Under the pieces are notes generated by a model that was not told the origin of the DNA, did no database searches, and was given only the letters and a program-made list of their open reading frames with translations. Below, in pieces: positions 1 to 9,489 of a stretch of DNA of 64,000 nucleotides (the stretch's first letter is position 1; every line of letters begins with the position of its first letter). The position numbers and the translations under genes were made by a program. Source of the DNA: Clostridia bacterium (lineage in GTDB: Bacteria > Bacillota > Clostridia > Lachnospirales > JAOARL01); assembly GCA_025210555.1 (NCBI GenBank), contig JAOARL010000033.1, positions 27,720-91,719 of the forward strand, read 5' to 3'.

Positions 1-1712
1 GTTTCTGTACCACTTGAATAATGTGCTCTATATGGGTTATTTGATCCATGATCCGCTATTAAATAAACCCTTTTCACTCCAGCACCGTTATCTACACCTT
101 GAACATAAAACTTTACGGTATCTCCATTTTTTGCCCAATAATTTTTTCCACTTACATATCTTGCTCCTGACACATAACCATAAGTAAGCGTTGGCGGCGT
201 TGTATCCACCATAAAGCTTCTATGCGATGACCATGGTGAAGCTTCTCCAGCTGCATCCCATGTCATTATTCTAAACTTCCAATTTCCATCTGCTAATGCA
301 GTAGTTGTTCTAGTTTTAGCTGAGCTACTTATAGTACCTGACTCATAATGAATAGTTGAAAAGTTATTTGTGCTCCCTTGAACTCTATATTTACTTTGAG
401 TATCTCCACTATCTGGGTCATTAAAATTCCAGTTAACTGTTACTGTGTTATCACTTGTTTTTAGTCCATTAGTTGGTGCTGTTATAGTTGGCGCTGTCGG
501 TGCTGCATTAAATGTGTATTTAACTATTCTTTCTGTTGCTCCTCCTGATATACTATCTCCATATAAAACAAATAATGCTCCATTATTAAACACCATTGAC
601 CATGTATGCTTACCACCCTCATTTAATATCTCTTTAAGTTCCAAAGTAGTAGCATCAACTATTGCAACTTCCGCTGAAGAAGCAAGGATCATTAAATCAT
701 TCTTATACTTTGCCACTTTCCCTAAATTAGTAGTTCTATGATAACTTAGAGTTCTTGACATTGTTAATGTTTTACCACTTACTTTTGATCCTGAAGTGCT
801 AAATTTATCTATATAAACTTTACCACGCTCAGTAGTTACTGCGCATGCATAGCTAGAATCATCATAATATCCTACTCCATATGAGTTACCTACTCCTGTA
901 TATGGGTTAGTAGTAGAACCATTGGTCTTTCCAATTCTAGCCCTCCATCTTGAACCATTGCTCCTACTTTTACTAGCTGATAATACACTATTAGGAACTC
1001 TTGAAGACGTATAGTATCTCATACTACTATACGTTATATTACTAGCTCCCAATGATCCAGTTCCATTCTGTAATTTACCTGTCAAGTCTGCATCGACAGT
1101 AAAATGTTGATAATCATTTATGTCCCAAGGTCTATCAAAGTAATTTCTCCAAGGTGCTTCCTCATCTCTATCAAAATCTCCAACATAACCTTTTAATTTA
1201 TAAACATTCCCCACTTTAAATATTCTTCTAAAATAAGCCCTATGTCTGTACTTACCGGCTGCATCTATTCCAGTTGGTGGAATTACTCTTCCTGGATTAG
1301 ATCCACCTACGTTAAGAGGATCTATTACAACTGCAAAAGCTCCACCAGCTTGATCATCACCACGTCTTGGTTTTTTACTTGCAGTTCCAACTACAAGATA
1401 TTTACCATTATCAAGTTTTACAATATCTTTTACTGAAACCTGATGGTTATACCCCGCTGCTGAAGTTAAATTTCTTTCCCAAACTTTGCTAAGATTTGTA
1501 TTATACTTAATTATTCTAGTATAATACCCATGTTCTGAGTTACTAACTTCTACAGTATAAAATAAACCTCCATCAATTTTATCGTCTATAATATTTCCTA
1601 CTTCTGCTTGATTACCTAAACTTATAGTTTTACTTTTTGTTAAGGCATGTGAATTAAAATTTATAGTGATAAACAAACTTGTTATAATAGTTAAAAGTAA
1701 TATTCTTTTCAT
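1..1712 (-). CDS. Large secreted FN3/Ig-like domain protein, 3'-truncated at window edge (missing from ORF track)
   Basis: ATG at 1712 preceded by AGGAG; my translation stays open to the window edge (MKRILLLTIITSLFITINFNSHA... signal peptide); contains PTITAPTNGLKTSDNTVTVNWNFNDPDSGDTQ module shared with 1828..5505. Confidence 0.85.
   Translation of the reverse strand, partial: MKRILLLTIITSLFITINFNSHALTKSKTISLGNQAEVGNIIDDKIDGGLFYTVEVSNSEHGYYTRIIKYNTNLSKVWERNLTSAAGYNHQVSVKDIVKLDNGKYLVVGTASKKPRRGDDQAGGAFAVVIDPLNVGGSNPGRVIPPTGIDAAGKYRHRAYFRRIFKVGNVYKLKGYVGDFDRDEEAPWRNYFDRPWDINDYQHFTVDADLTGKLQNGTGSLGASNITYSSMRYYTSSRVPNSVLSASKSRSNGSRWRARIGKTNGSTTNPYTGVGNSYGVGYYDDSSYACAVTTERGKVYIDKFSTSGSKVSGKTLTMSRTLSYHRTTNLGKVAKYKNDLMILASSAEVAIVDATTLELKEILNEGGKHTWSMVFNNGALFVLYGDSISGGATERIVKYTFNAAPTAPTITAPTNGLKTSDNTVTVNWNFNDPDSGDTQSKYRVQGSTNNFSTIHYESGTISSSAKTRTTTALADGNWKFRIMTWDAAGEASPWSSHRSFMVDTTPPTLTYGYVSGARYVSGKNYWAKNGDTVKFYVQGVDNGAGVKRVYLIADHGSNNPYRAHYSSGTE
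192..500 (-). repeat. Shared 103-aa FN3-like module, copy 1 (copy 2 at 4192..4500)
   Basis: Manual ungapped alignment, about 68/103 aa identical. Confidence 0.85.
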
Positions 1713-1737
1713 ATTTTTCTCCTATCAGAATTATTTT

Positions 1738-1760
1738 TTTATTAATTAAATTTTATCATA
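1738..1760 (-). promoter_or_regulatory. Extended -10-containing motif shared with 5525..5547
   Basis: TATGATAAAATTTAATTAATAAA vs TATGTTAAAATTTAGTTAATAAA (21/23), each shortly upstream of the RBS of a paralogous secreted-protein gene. Confidence 0.5.
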
Positions 1761-1786
1761 ACAATACTCTATTTAATATACTTAAC

Positions 1787-1821
1787 AAAAAAATAATGAT
1801 CCATTTTAAAATGAATCATTA
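1787..1821 (-). terminator. Intrinsic terminator after the 1225-aa secreted protein
   Basis: TAATGATTCATTT/AAATGGATCATTA hairpin followed by T-run on minus strand. Confidence 0.7.
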
Positions 1822-1827
1822 CTTTTA

Positions 1828-4800
1828 TTAATAACTATTACTTATCTCTATATTTATATCCTTTGTAGATGTGTTATTACCTTCATCAGTTGCTTCTATT
1901 CTCATTACTACTGTATTCCCTACTACAAAGTTAGAATTTATACTTGCTGCCATCAGTATTTTACCTGTATCTACTTCTGTTACTCCAGATCCTGTACTTA
2001 TACTTATAGCTCCTGTATCCAGTCCTCCAAATAAAAGTTTAACTTTTATATTTTGAACTCTTGTTGTGTCTTCTACTTTTATCTTCTCATGTACATATGA
2101 ATTAGGTGCAAGTTTAATATTATTCCCTGATGTTTTTATTACTGGCAATACCTTATCTATCTTAGTTACGCTAACTACTTCTACTCTTTCATTTCCTACA
2201 TTATCTCTTGCATATATAGTTATATCTTTATTCTCTCCAACTATTATATTTCCTCCTGAAAGAGCATTACCTACTGTTCCATTTACAAAGTCTCCTACTA
2301 CTTTATTTCCTTCTTGCCAAAGAACAGTGTTTAAACCACTTTCTGTCTCAGTTGTAGTTACTGATAATGTTACATCAGTATTTACATATGATGCTGGATT
2401 ACCTGTTACAGATATAATTGGAGCATCTACATCTGTTCTATCAGGTAATGATATATAATAAAGATTTGCATAACTATAAGTTCTTATAGTTCCTTGCTTT
2501 GCTCTTACTCTTATTGCATATGATTTATTTGAATTATAAGCCGTTCCAGTAGAACTTCTATATAAACTTCTTGGATCATCACTAAGATCTAATCCGCTTT
2601 TATCATGTTTAAATATATCATCATTTCTTGTATTATCTGCATATCCACTTATTACTGCTTCAGTTGGATAAACATGTTCTAATCTACTATCAAAGACTAA
2701 ATTATTTCCAACATTAAATATACGGTACTTATTTCCGTCATATATAAGAACTTCATATTCATTAGCTCCTTCTACAGCTGGCCATGTTAATTTTATATAT
2801 CCTCTTCCTTCTCTGCTCCAATTAAGTGGTCCATAGCTTCCTGTAATATTAGGAACTCCTGACATATGCTTATAATCACTATAAGCTGTTTCTACTAAAT
2901 CTCCATTTCTAGCATTTACTCTATAATAATATGTTGTATATTTACTTGGAACTACTACATCTTCTGTAAGACTAGTAGACCAATCTCTTATTACCTCTAG
3001 ATTTTCATTAAATGTGTCATTCGTTGCTCTTTCTATTCTATATTCTGTATTTGCTGGATTTCCTTCAGCATTAATTGTAATTTTGTGTATTACACCTTCT
3101 TTATTACTTAAATCTCCACTTGATGCATCTGCTACTGTTATACTAGGTTCTTTAGCAAATGTATATTTAGCATTCAAATTCTTTTCTCTTATATTTCCTA
3201 CATTATCAATTACTCTTGTTTTTAATATATACTGAGTATTTGGATTTAATCCTGCTATATCTTTAACGTCACTTGATTCATAAGTACTCCAGCTACTTCC
3301 GTTATAATAACTATATCTATTTACTGGAAGTCCTGATAATAAATCATTAGTAGCACCTACGTTAATTCTCATACTATTAGTGCCCGTCGTTGTAAGATTA
3401 ACTGTATAATCTTCTGGTAAATCTGCATCTGTTCTATTAGGTAGAGTTGGCATATATGGTGTTGAATAAACCGATTCTCCAACGGTATTGTATGCTGAAA
3501 CTCTAAACCAATAATTTTTTTTATTATTATGTGCTGCATATGATGATTTAAGATATAATCTACTTGGATTATCCCTTAAATCTAAACCTGTCTTGCTATG
3601 ATTAAATATATCTATTGTTCTAGTATCATCAGCATCTTGATTAATTCTTGCTTCTGTTGGATAAACTTTCCATACACTTGAGTCCCACGTTGTTGTATTC
3701 CCAGCATCCCAGGCTCTATAAGTACTTCCATCATATATATGCACTTTATACCCTGTTGCTCCTGTTTGAGCTTGCCAGTTAAGTATTACTTTCCCTCTTC
3801 CTTCTGTTTTATGCCATAAAACACCTGCTGTGCTACCTGTTGGAGTGGGTGGCGTGCTTGGCACTGTCCATCTATCCTTCCATGAGTAATTGCCATAATT
3901 TCCTGCATTATCTCTATATCTTATAGTAAATCTATATTTGTTACCCGGTAATAATCCATTGAATACATGACTTGTTTTATTTGTTTCATTATAAGACTTC
4001 CCTGCTTCTGGAGTACCATCATTATCTATGTCTACAGTATCTTCCCAATCGCTACCATTCCACCTTTTAGCATATATTCTAACACTATGATATCCTGAAC
4101 TTGGACTACTATCTGCAAACGCTTTCCAATTCATTGTAATAGAAGTATCAGTTGTGTTTGTATATGTTCCTGTTGATAAATTTGGATTATCTGGCAAAGT
4201 CGTATCCACTAATACATTAGTAAGTTCACCCCAGCTTGATGCTCCACCATTATTGTCCCATACTTTTACTCTGAATTTCCATATTCCATCAGCTAAAGCT
4301 GTTGTTGTTTTAGTTTTAGCACTGCTTGTTACAACTCCTGAATTATAATGATTGGTAGTAAAATTATCTGTACTCCCAATTAATTGATATTTTCCCTGTG
4401 TATCTCCACTATCAGGATCACTAAAGTTCCAGTTAACAGTTACTGTGTTATCTTTAGTTTTAATTCCCGTAGCCGGTGCTGTTATAGTCGGTTTATTAGG
4501 GTTTTGATTATATATTCTTACATACCAATAACCATCTGAATGTTTTCCGTTATTTGGATAAGCTCCAGCTGGAGCAATAATATTACTCTGAACTAAACTT
4601 CCTTTTGCATTACTCACTACAGTATATTTATCATATCTTGCTTCTGTATATGATACGCCTGACTTATCAGGTGGAAGATACACCCAATAATCTAACAATG
4701 TAAATGTTGCCGTATCACTATATTTATCCATTGGTATTTTTATAGTTTTTTTATATGGACCATTTATTATATGTTCATACATACAATATCTCATAGATGA

Positions 4801-5505
4801 ATTTACCTTATAATAAACCTTTGTGTAGAAAACATACTTTTCTCCACTTGGAACGTCTATTTTCACATCTACATTTCTAGTGCCATGATATGATTCAGTA
4901 GCTCCAATGGCATTCATTTCATCTTCTTTTATATTATACCAACCTCTGTTGCTATGGTATGGATTTTTACCATATAATCCCTTGTTCATTACATTATAGT
5001 TATATTTATCAAGTACAAATTCTCCTTCGTCCCAATCTCCATTTGATACAAACTCTTGCTCTGTTGTAAGTCTAACATCTACATAACCATCGAATGGACC
5101 TTCAATATACCAAACACCCACCTCTTCATGCCACTCATCACTTCCTGACATGCTACTTTTATATAATGATAACCCACTAACTTCCTGAGCATCTTTATTA
5201 TCTATAAGTTTTCCTCTTGAGGTAACATTAAATCTTCTATCTGCACCAAACACTCTTGCCTGTGCTCTATATAGATGTGCTTCACCTGCTGGAACTGTAA
5301 TTCCAACTTGTCTGGTTACAGTCTGATCTCCTTTTTTATCACTAGCATCTATTCTTACTCTATTATATCTAGTAAAATTGGACGTTGAAGTATACCCCCC
5401 TATTATTACTCCGCTTTTACCAAAAATTTCATTAAAACTTGTATATGCTGATACATTTAATGCAAAACCTATTATCATTAGAAAAATTAATATAATTTTC
5501 TTCAT
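1828..5505 (-). CDS. Secreted multi-FN3/Ig-like wall-associated protein with two WapA-like repeats (1225 aa)
   Basis: Signal peptide MKKIILIFLMIIGFALNVSA; FN3 motifs (GLLPGNKYRFTIRYRDNAGN, GLNPNTQYILK, YYYRVNARN); two 134-aa internal repeats. Confidence 0.85.
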   Translation of the reverse strand: MKKIILIFLMIIGFALNVSAYTSFNEIFGKSGVIIGGYTSTSNFTRYNRVRIDASDKKGDQTVTRQVGITVPAGEAHLYRAQARVFGADRRFNVTSRGKLIDNKDAQEVSGLSLYKSSMSGSDEWHEEVGVWYIEGPFDGYVDVRLTTEQEFVSNGDWDEGEFVLDKYNYNVMNKGLYGKNPYHSNRGWYNIKEDEMNAIGATESYHGTRNVDVKIDVPSGEKYVFYTKVYYKVNSSMRYCMYEHIINGPYKKTIKIPMDKYSDTATFTLLDYWVYLPPDKSGVSYTEARYDKYTVVSNAKGSLVQSNIIAPAGAYPNNGKHSDGYWYVRIYNQNPNKPTITAPATGIKTKDNTVTVNWNFSDPDSGDTQGKYQLIGSTDNFTTNHYNSGVVTSSAKTKTTTALADGIWKFRVKVWDNNGGASSWGELTNVLVDTTLPDNPNLSTGTYTNTTDTSITMNWKAFADSSPSSGYHSVRIYAKRWNGSDWEDTVDIDNDGTPEAGKSYNETNKTSHVFNGLLPGNKYRFTIRYRDNAGNYGNYSWKDRWTVPSTPPTPTGSTAGVLWHKTEGRGKVILNWQAQTGATGYKVHIYDGSTYRAWDAGNTTTWDSSVWKVYPTEARINQDADDTRTIDIFNHSKTGLDLRDNPSRLYLKSSYAAHNNKKNYWFRVSAYNTVGESVYSTPYMPTLPNRTDADLPEDYTVNLTTTGTNSMRINVGATNDLLSGLPVNRYSYYNGSSWSTYESSDVKDIAGLNPNTQYILKTRVIDNVGNIREKNLNAKYTFAKEPSITVADASSGDLSNKEGVIHKITINAEGNPANTEYRIERATNDTFNENLEVIRDWSTSLTEDVVVPSKYTTYYYRVNARNGDLVETAYSDYKHMSGVPNITGSYGPLNWSREGRGYIKLTWPAVEGANEYEVLIYDGNKYRIFNVGNNLVFDSRLEHVYPTEAVISGYADNTRNDDIFKHDKSGLDLSDDPRSLYRSSTGTAYNSNKSYAIRVRAKQGTIRTYSYANLYYISLPDRTDVDAPIISVTGNPASYVNTDVTLSVTTTETESGLNTVLWQEGNKVVGDFVNGTVGNALSGGNIIVGENKDITIYARDNVGNERVEVVSVTKIDKVLPVIKTSGNNIKLAPNSYVHEKIKVEDTTRVQNIKVKLLFGGLDTGAISISTGSGVTEVDTGKILMAASINSNFVVGNTVVMRIEATDEGNNTSTKDINIEISNSY
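2419..2820 (-). repeat. 134-aa WapA-like repeat B (repeat A at 3415..3816)
   Basis: W..EGRG.(V/I).L.W....GA..Y.V.IYDG..YR....GN....DS....VYPTEA.I...AD.TR..DIF.H.K.GLDL.D.P..LY in both copies. Confidence 0.8.
3415..3816 (-). repeat. 134-aa WapA-like repeat A
   Basis: Same length and conserved pattern as 2419..2820. Confidence 0.8.
4192..4500 (-). repeat. Shared 103-aa FN3-like module, copy 2
   Basis: PNKPTITAPATGIKTKDNTVTVNWNFSDPDSGDTQ...VDTTLP aligns with 192..500. Confidence 0.85.
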
Positions 5506-5577
5506 CCTTAACCTCCAACAAATATTTATTAACTAAATTTTAACATACAACCTTACATTTAGATATATTTTTGCAAT

Positions 5578-5607
5578 AAAAAAAGCATAACATCTGTCAT
5601 GCATTTT
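5578..5607 (-). terminator. Intrinsic terminator at distal end of fla/che cluster
   Basis: GCATGACA/TGTTATGC hairpin plus T-run directly after stop at 5609. Confidence 0.65.
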
Positions 5608-5608
5608 C

Positions 5609-6187
5609 TTAATATAATAAAGCTGATAATACTTTACTGTATGTACTATTTGTTGGAACTTTGAATGTTCCTGCTCTAAGTTTTCTAGCCTTTCCTTGGC
5701 TTTGAATATATTTATTAAACTTATCTGCATTATCTACTAATCCAGCATTATATATAATCTTAGCAACTTTTTCTGAGCTTGATCCGCTAGGAATAGTCAC
5801 TCTTCTATAACTTGTAGTTGCCGAACTACTACTGCTGCTAGTTGAAGATACTTTTTTAGCATCTGCTAACTTCTTTTCATAAGATTTTTTAGTTTCTTCT
5901 AAGTTTAACTTTAACTCTTTGTTAGCATTAATTTGCTCTACATTCTCTGTTTCTAATTTCTTTACCTTATTATTAAGTTCAGAAATTAAATTGTCTTTTA
6001 CATTATTTTCATCTACTGGAACTAATCCTAGTCCAGTTGCTTTTTCAATAATTTGTTCATCTGTTAATTCTACTTGTTCTTTTACAGTTTTAACTCCACT
6101 TTTACCATATGATATAACTGAAAAAAGTGAAACTACCATTAATCCTACTCCTAAACCAAGTAGAAATGATCTTTTTGAAAAATACAT
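5609..6187 (-). CDS. Membrane-anchored coiled-coil protein with C-terminal YceG/MltG N-terminal-like domain (non-catalytic)
   Basis: N-terminal TM; C-terminal VTIPSGSSSEKVAKIIYNAGLV...KLRAGTFKV. Confidence 0.7.
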   Translation of the reverse strand: MYFSKRSFLLGLGVGLMVVSLFSVISYGKSGVKTVKEQVELTDEQIIEKATGLGLVPVDENNVKDNLISELNNKVKKLETENVEQINANKELKLNLEETKKSYEKKLADAKKVSSTSSSSSSATTSYRRVTIPSGSSSEKVAKIIYNAGLVDNADKFNKYIQSQGKARKLRAGTFKVPTNSTYSKVLSALLY

Positions 6188-6191
6188 TTAA

Positions 6192-6704
6192 TCACCTCTT
6201 TTGTGTTAATTCTAATAATAATTTTACTTCACCTTTACCAATATTTAATTCTTTTGCAATTTCATCAACACTCTTACCATCTTCGTGTAAAGAATAAATA
6301 TCAGAGTAACCTCCAGATTGAGTTTTCTTTTCTGGTTTAGCTACAGGTTCTTCAACTTTTTCAATTTCTACGTTTTTCTTTTGTACTTCTTCATCTCTAG
6401 CATTAACTTTATAAGTAGGTACACTTGTTGCTGAATCATACTTTTCATCAATCATTTGATATAAAAATAATAATTCTTTATGCTTTTGCGATAATTCATC
6501 ATTAACATGATTTGCAAACTTATTAAGTTCTTCCATCATCTTATCAATTTCATCAAGTTTCTCTTTAAGCTTCTTCTCTGCATTTAATATCTTATTTTGA
6601 TTAAGTGGATTATTAATAATATCTATGTCTTTCATATAAAAAACTGATACTACTGTCATTATTAATCCTGCTAAAAATAATAAAATATACATAGTATAAA
6701 CCAT
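6192..6704 (-). CDS. SwrB/DUF6115-like flagellar operon membrane protein
   Basis: N-terminal TM, coiled coil, C-terminal GKSVDEIAKELNIGKGEVKLLL; downstream of sigD. Confidence 0.7.
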   Translation of the reverse strand: MVYTMYILLFLAGLIMTVVSVFYMKDIDIINNPLNQNKILNAEKKLKEKLDEIDKMMEELNKFANHVNDELSQKHKELLFLYQMIDEKYDSATSVPTYKVNARDEEVQKKNVEIEKVEEPVAKPEKKTQSGGYSDIYSLHEDGKSVDEIAKELNIGKGEVKLLLELTQKR

Positions 6705-6718
6705 TTTATTCCTCCTTA

Positions 6719-7051
6719 TTATATCCTTATGTCAATATGACTATCCTCAGCTGTATTTACACCAATCTTGCCTTTGTCACTTAACTTTAGCTCATCATCT
6801 TCTGCTTCATCTTTATCTTTCTTTTTACCATTTTGTGAGCCATCATTTTCATCGTCTTTTTTTCTAAAATAAACCTTTTCAGTTTCTTCAGTATCTGTTA
6901 CACGATGACTGTCATCATTATACTTTTTTTCTAGCTCTTTTGCAAAGATATTTTCATTTTCTGATAAAACTTTTAACTCATGTTGCTTTAGCTGTGAAAT
7001 TTCTTGATTTTGCTGCATTGAAATCTGCAAATCAATTGGTCTTACTGACAT
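6719..7051 (-). CDS. Conserved hypothetical flagellar-operon protein
   Basis: MSVRPIDLQ...SHIDIRI; ATG at 7051 with GAGGTG RBS. Confidence 0.7.
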   Translation of the reverse strand: MSVRPIDLQISMQQNQEISQLKQHELKVLSENENIFAKELEKKYNDDSHRVTDTEETEKVYFRKKDDENDGSQNGKKKDKDEAEDDELKLSDKGKIGVNTAEDSHIDIRI

Positions 7052-7062
7052 TCTAATCACCT

Positions 7063-8472
7063 CTATGGTCTATATTGACTAACCTTTATATCTGCACCTT
7101 CTCTTTGGAACGTACAGTATTTATTTTCCTCATTATTATGTAAAAATGCTTTTCCAATAGTTATTTGCACTCCTGGATATATAACATTTTGTACATTTAT
7201 TCTAGCATCTATCTTTTGATTTAATTTTTCTCTTAGATCTTCTGATTCTGCTTGTGATTCTGCTATCTTACTTGTATAACTATTTCTCTGCTCTACAAGT
7301 TGCATAAGAAGTGGTTTTTTACTATCTGAAAGTCTACCAACTTCAGCCATTTTTTTAAATCCTGTTATAGCAGTATCCATCTTTTGTACTTCTTTTTTAT
7401 ACATAAGAATCTGATCATTGAGTGCATTAAATGCATCTATTAATTTGTGATCAAATCCTACTTTTATTTCTGTAAGAGTCCCAAGCGATGCACCAATAGT
7501 TTTAGCGCTAATCATTTTTCTAGCTTCAAAAGTTCCTCCTGATATAAGTCCTTTTTTCCCAAGAACTAATATATCTGAATTACTTATAACATTGCTGTGA
7601 AGTATTGATCCAACTTCTAAATTTCCTTCACAGTGGATGTCTGCATTTTCAATAAACTTAGCAACTATTTTACCACCAGATTTAAGAATGCCTTTCTTTA
7701 CTCCTTGCATTCCCTTATCTAATATAATATCTCCGTCAGCTATTATTTCAGCTCCTTCTACTATCCCATACACTTCTACACTTCCACCAGCTTCTACTTT
7801 AAATCCAGTTTGAACATTCCCTTTTATAACAACATTTCCTACAAACTTTATATTTCCAGTTGAATGATCAACATTTCCACTTATTTCATGTGTTTCATTA
7901 ACCGTTATTTTATCTCCTACTAAAAGAACTTGTCCTTCTATATTAGAAATAATATGTAGTCCATCTTCTGTTAAAGTTGTATTTTTACCCGCTGCTGGTT
8001 TAATTTCTTTTCCTTTTTGTGCAATTATTGTATTATTCTTTACATCTATTCCATTAACACCATCAGTTGCCTTAGTTATTTTAGCTAATTCATCACCTGG
8101 TGCAACATTCTCAATTAACTCAAGATTATGATAATCAACCGTTCCATCTTCAAGCATCTTAGGAGTTAACTCCTTTTCAACACTAAAAAGATATTCAATT
8201 TCTCCATCATCACCTTTTACTGGTTTGGTTCCTTCTGCAACCAAATATTTAATATTAAATTCTTTTTGGCCAAACGCCTTTTCTATATCACTACTTCTCA
8301 GCCCATATATAATTTCAGCTTCTCTAAGCTTTTGATTTATATATTCTAGTGTTATACTGTCTATTCCTTTTTCATGTCTTACAAACTTAATGTATGCCTT
8401 CATGGCACTTTCTTCGATTATTACTTCTACGTCTTCAAATAGATCAGGGCTTGTGTTCTCAAATGTCTCCAT
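7063..8472 (-). CDS. fapA: FapA family (DUF342) flagellar assembly protein
   Basis: DGTVDYHNL, GNVDHSTGNIKFVGNVVIKGNV beta-helix repeats, IYPGVQITIG. Confidence 0.85.
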   Translation of the reverse strand: METFENTSPDLFEDVEVIIEESAMKAYIKFVRHEKGIDSITLEYINQKLREAEIIYGLRSSDIEKAFGQKEFNIKYLVAEGTKPVKGDDGEIEYLFSVEKELTPKMLEDGTVDYHNLELIENVAPGDELAKITKATDGVNGIDVKNNTIIAQKGKEIKPAAGKNTTLTEDGLHIISNIEGQVLLVGDKITVNETHEISGNVDHSTGNIKFVGNVVIKGNVQTGFKVEAGGSVEVYGIVEGAEIIADGDIILDKGMQGVKKGILKSGGKIVAKFIENADIHCEGNLEVGSILHSNVISNSDILVLGKKGLISGGTFEARKMISAKTIGASLGTLTEIKVGFDHKLIDAFNALNDQILMYKKEVQKMDTAITGFKKMAEVGRLSDSKKPLLMQLVEQRNSYTSKIAESQAESEDLREKLNQKIDARINVQNVIYPGVQITIGKAFLHNNEENKYCTFQREGADIKVSQYRP

Positions 8473-8483
8473 TATAACTCCCC

Positions 8484-9251
8484 CTATACTCCTAGTAAAA
8501 CATCCTTATGTTTTCCTAGTTTTCCTTTAAGTCTCATCATAGCTTTACTATGAAGCTGCGAAATTCTTGATTCTGATACTTCTAATATCTTACTTATTTC
8601 TTTAAGTGTTAATTGTTCATAGTAGTATAAATAAACTACTTTCTGTTCTTTTTCTGGCAAATTCTTTATTGTATCTACTAGAACTTCTTTAATAGCATTT
8701 TGAGTTGCAACATCTTCTGGCGTCTCTGTTGATGCCTTTGCAAAACCATTCATATTTTTTTCATAATTTTGATCAACAAAATCTTCAAGTGATGTAAGAG
8801 TTAAAATATTAGTATCTTTAACTAATGTATCAAACTCAGCTACTGTAATATTAAGTTCTTTTGCCATTTCTTCATCTGTTGCAGCTCTACCTAATTTTTC
8901 TTCAAGTTTTTGATAAGCTGCTTCTAAATCTTTGTGTTTTTGCCTTAAACTTCTAGGTACCCAGTCGTTTTTACGAATACTGTCTAATATTGAACCTCTT
9001 ATTCTAAGAGATGCATACGTTTCAAACTTAACCTTTTTATTAAGTTCAAATTTATCTATTGCATCCATTAGACCAAAAGCTCCATATCCTATCAAATCAT
9101 CAAGCTCTACATTATTTCCAAGATACATCTTAAGTCTTCCTGCGACAACCTTAATAAGAGGTGCATACTCTGTTATGAGCTGATCCCTTATTTGTTTACT
9201 TTTAGTTTTCGCATATTCTTCCCATAATTTATCAAAATTCTTTTCAGGCAT
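8484..9251 (-). CDS. fliA: Flagellar sigma factor sigma28 (FliA/SigD)
   Basis: KFETYASLRIRGSILDSIRKNDWVPRS; region 4 LTLKEISKILEVSESRISQLH. Confidence 0.95.
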   Translation of the reverse strand: MPEKNFDKLWEEYAKTKSKQIRDQLITEYAPLIKVVAGRLKMYLGNNVELDDLIGYGAFGLMDAIDKFELNKKVKFETYASLRIRGSILDSIRKNDWVPRSLRQKHKDLEAAYQKLEEKLGRAATDEEMAKELNITVAEFDTLVKDTNILTLTSLEDFVDQNYEKNMNGFAKASTETPEDVATQNAIKEVLVDTIKNLPEKEQKVVYLYYYEQLTLKEISKILEVSESRISQLHSKAMMRLKGKLGKHKDVLLGV

Positions 9252-9268
9252 GCTTTACCTCCAAACCA

Positions 9269-9478
9269 CTATTTTTTCTTATGGCGTTTTATATATTTAC
9301 CCTTTGTTATTATTCTAAATGTCTTTGCTTCTAAATAACTACCGAGAATATATGTAAGCACTGCTACAAAAATCAGCTTAAGATATATATAATTTATTGA
9401 ATCTCCCTGGTAGAAATATGAATATAAACCTACTGCTATCATAGCTAGTATAGTCATCATAAATTTAAATTTCTTCAT
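9269..9478 (-). CDS. Small two-TM hypothetical protein
   Basis: Two hydrophobic segments; between cheD and fliA with RBS. Confidence 0.65.
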   Translation of the reverse strand: MKKFKFMMTILAMIAVGLYSYFYQGDSINYIYLKLIFVAVLTYILGSYLEAKTFRIITKGKYIKRHKKK

Positions 9479-9489
9479 AATTCACATCC

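Noticed and set aside
445-1436. Plus-strand ORFs 445..741 and 1242..1436
   Set aside because: Antisense to the long minus-strand gene starting at 1712, which has a signal peptide, an RBS and a paralogous module
192-4500. Shared module as a diversity-generating retroelement TR/VR pair
   Set aside because: Differences are spread over all bases and often synonymous, not adenine-specific; no reverse transcriptase in the window
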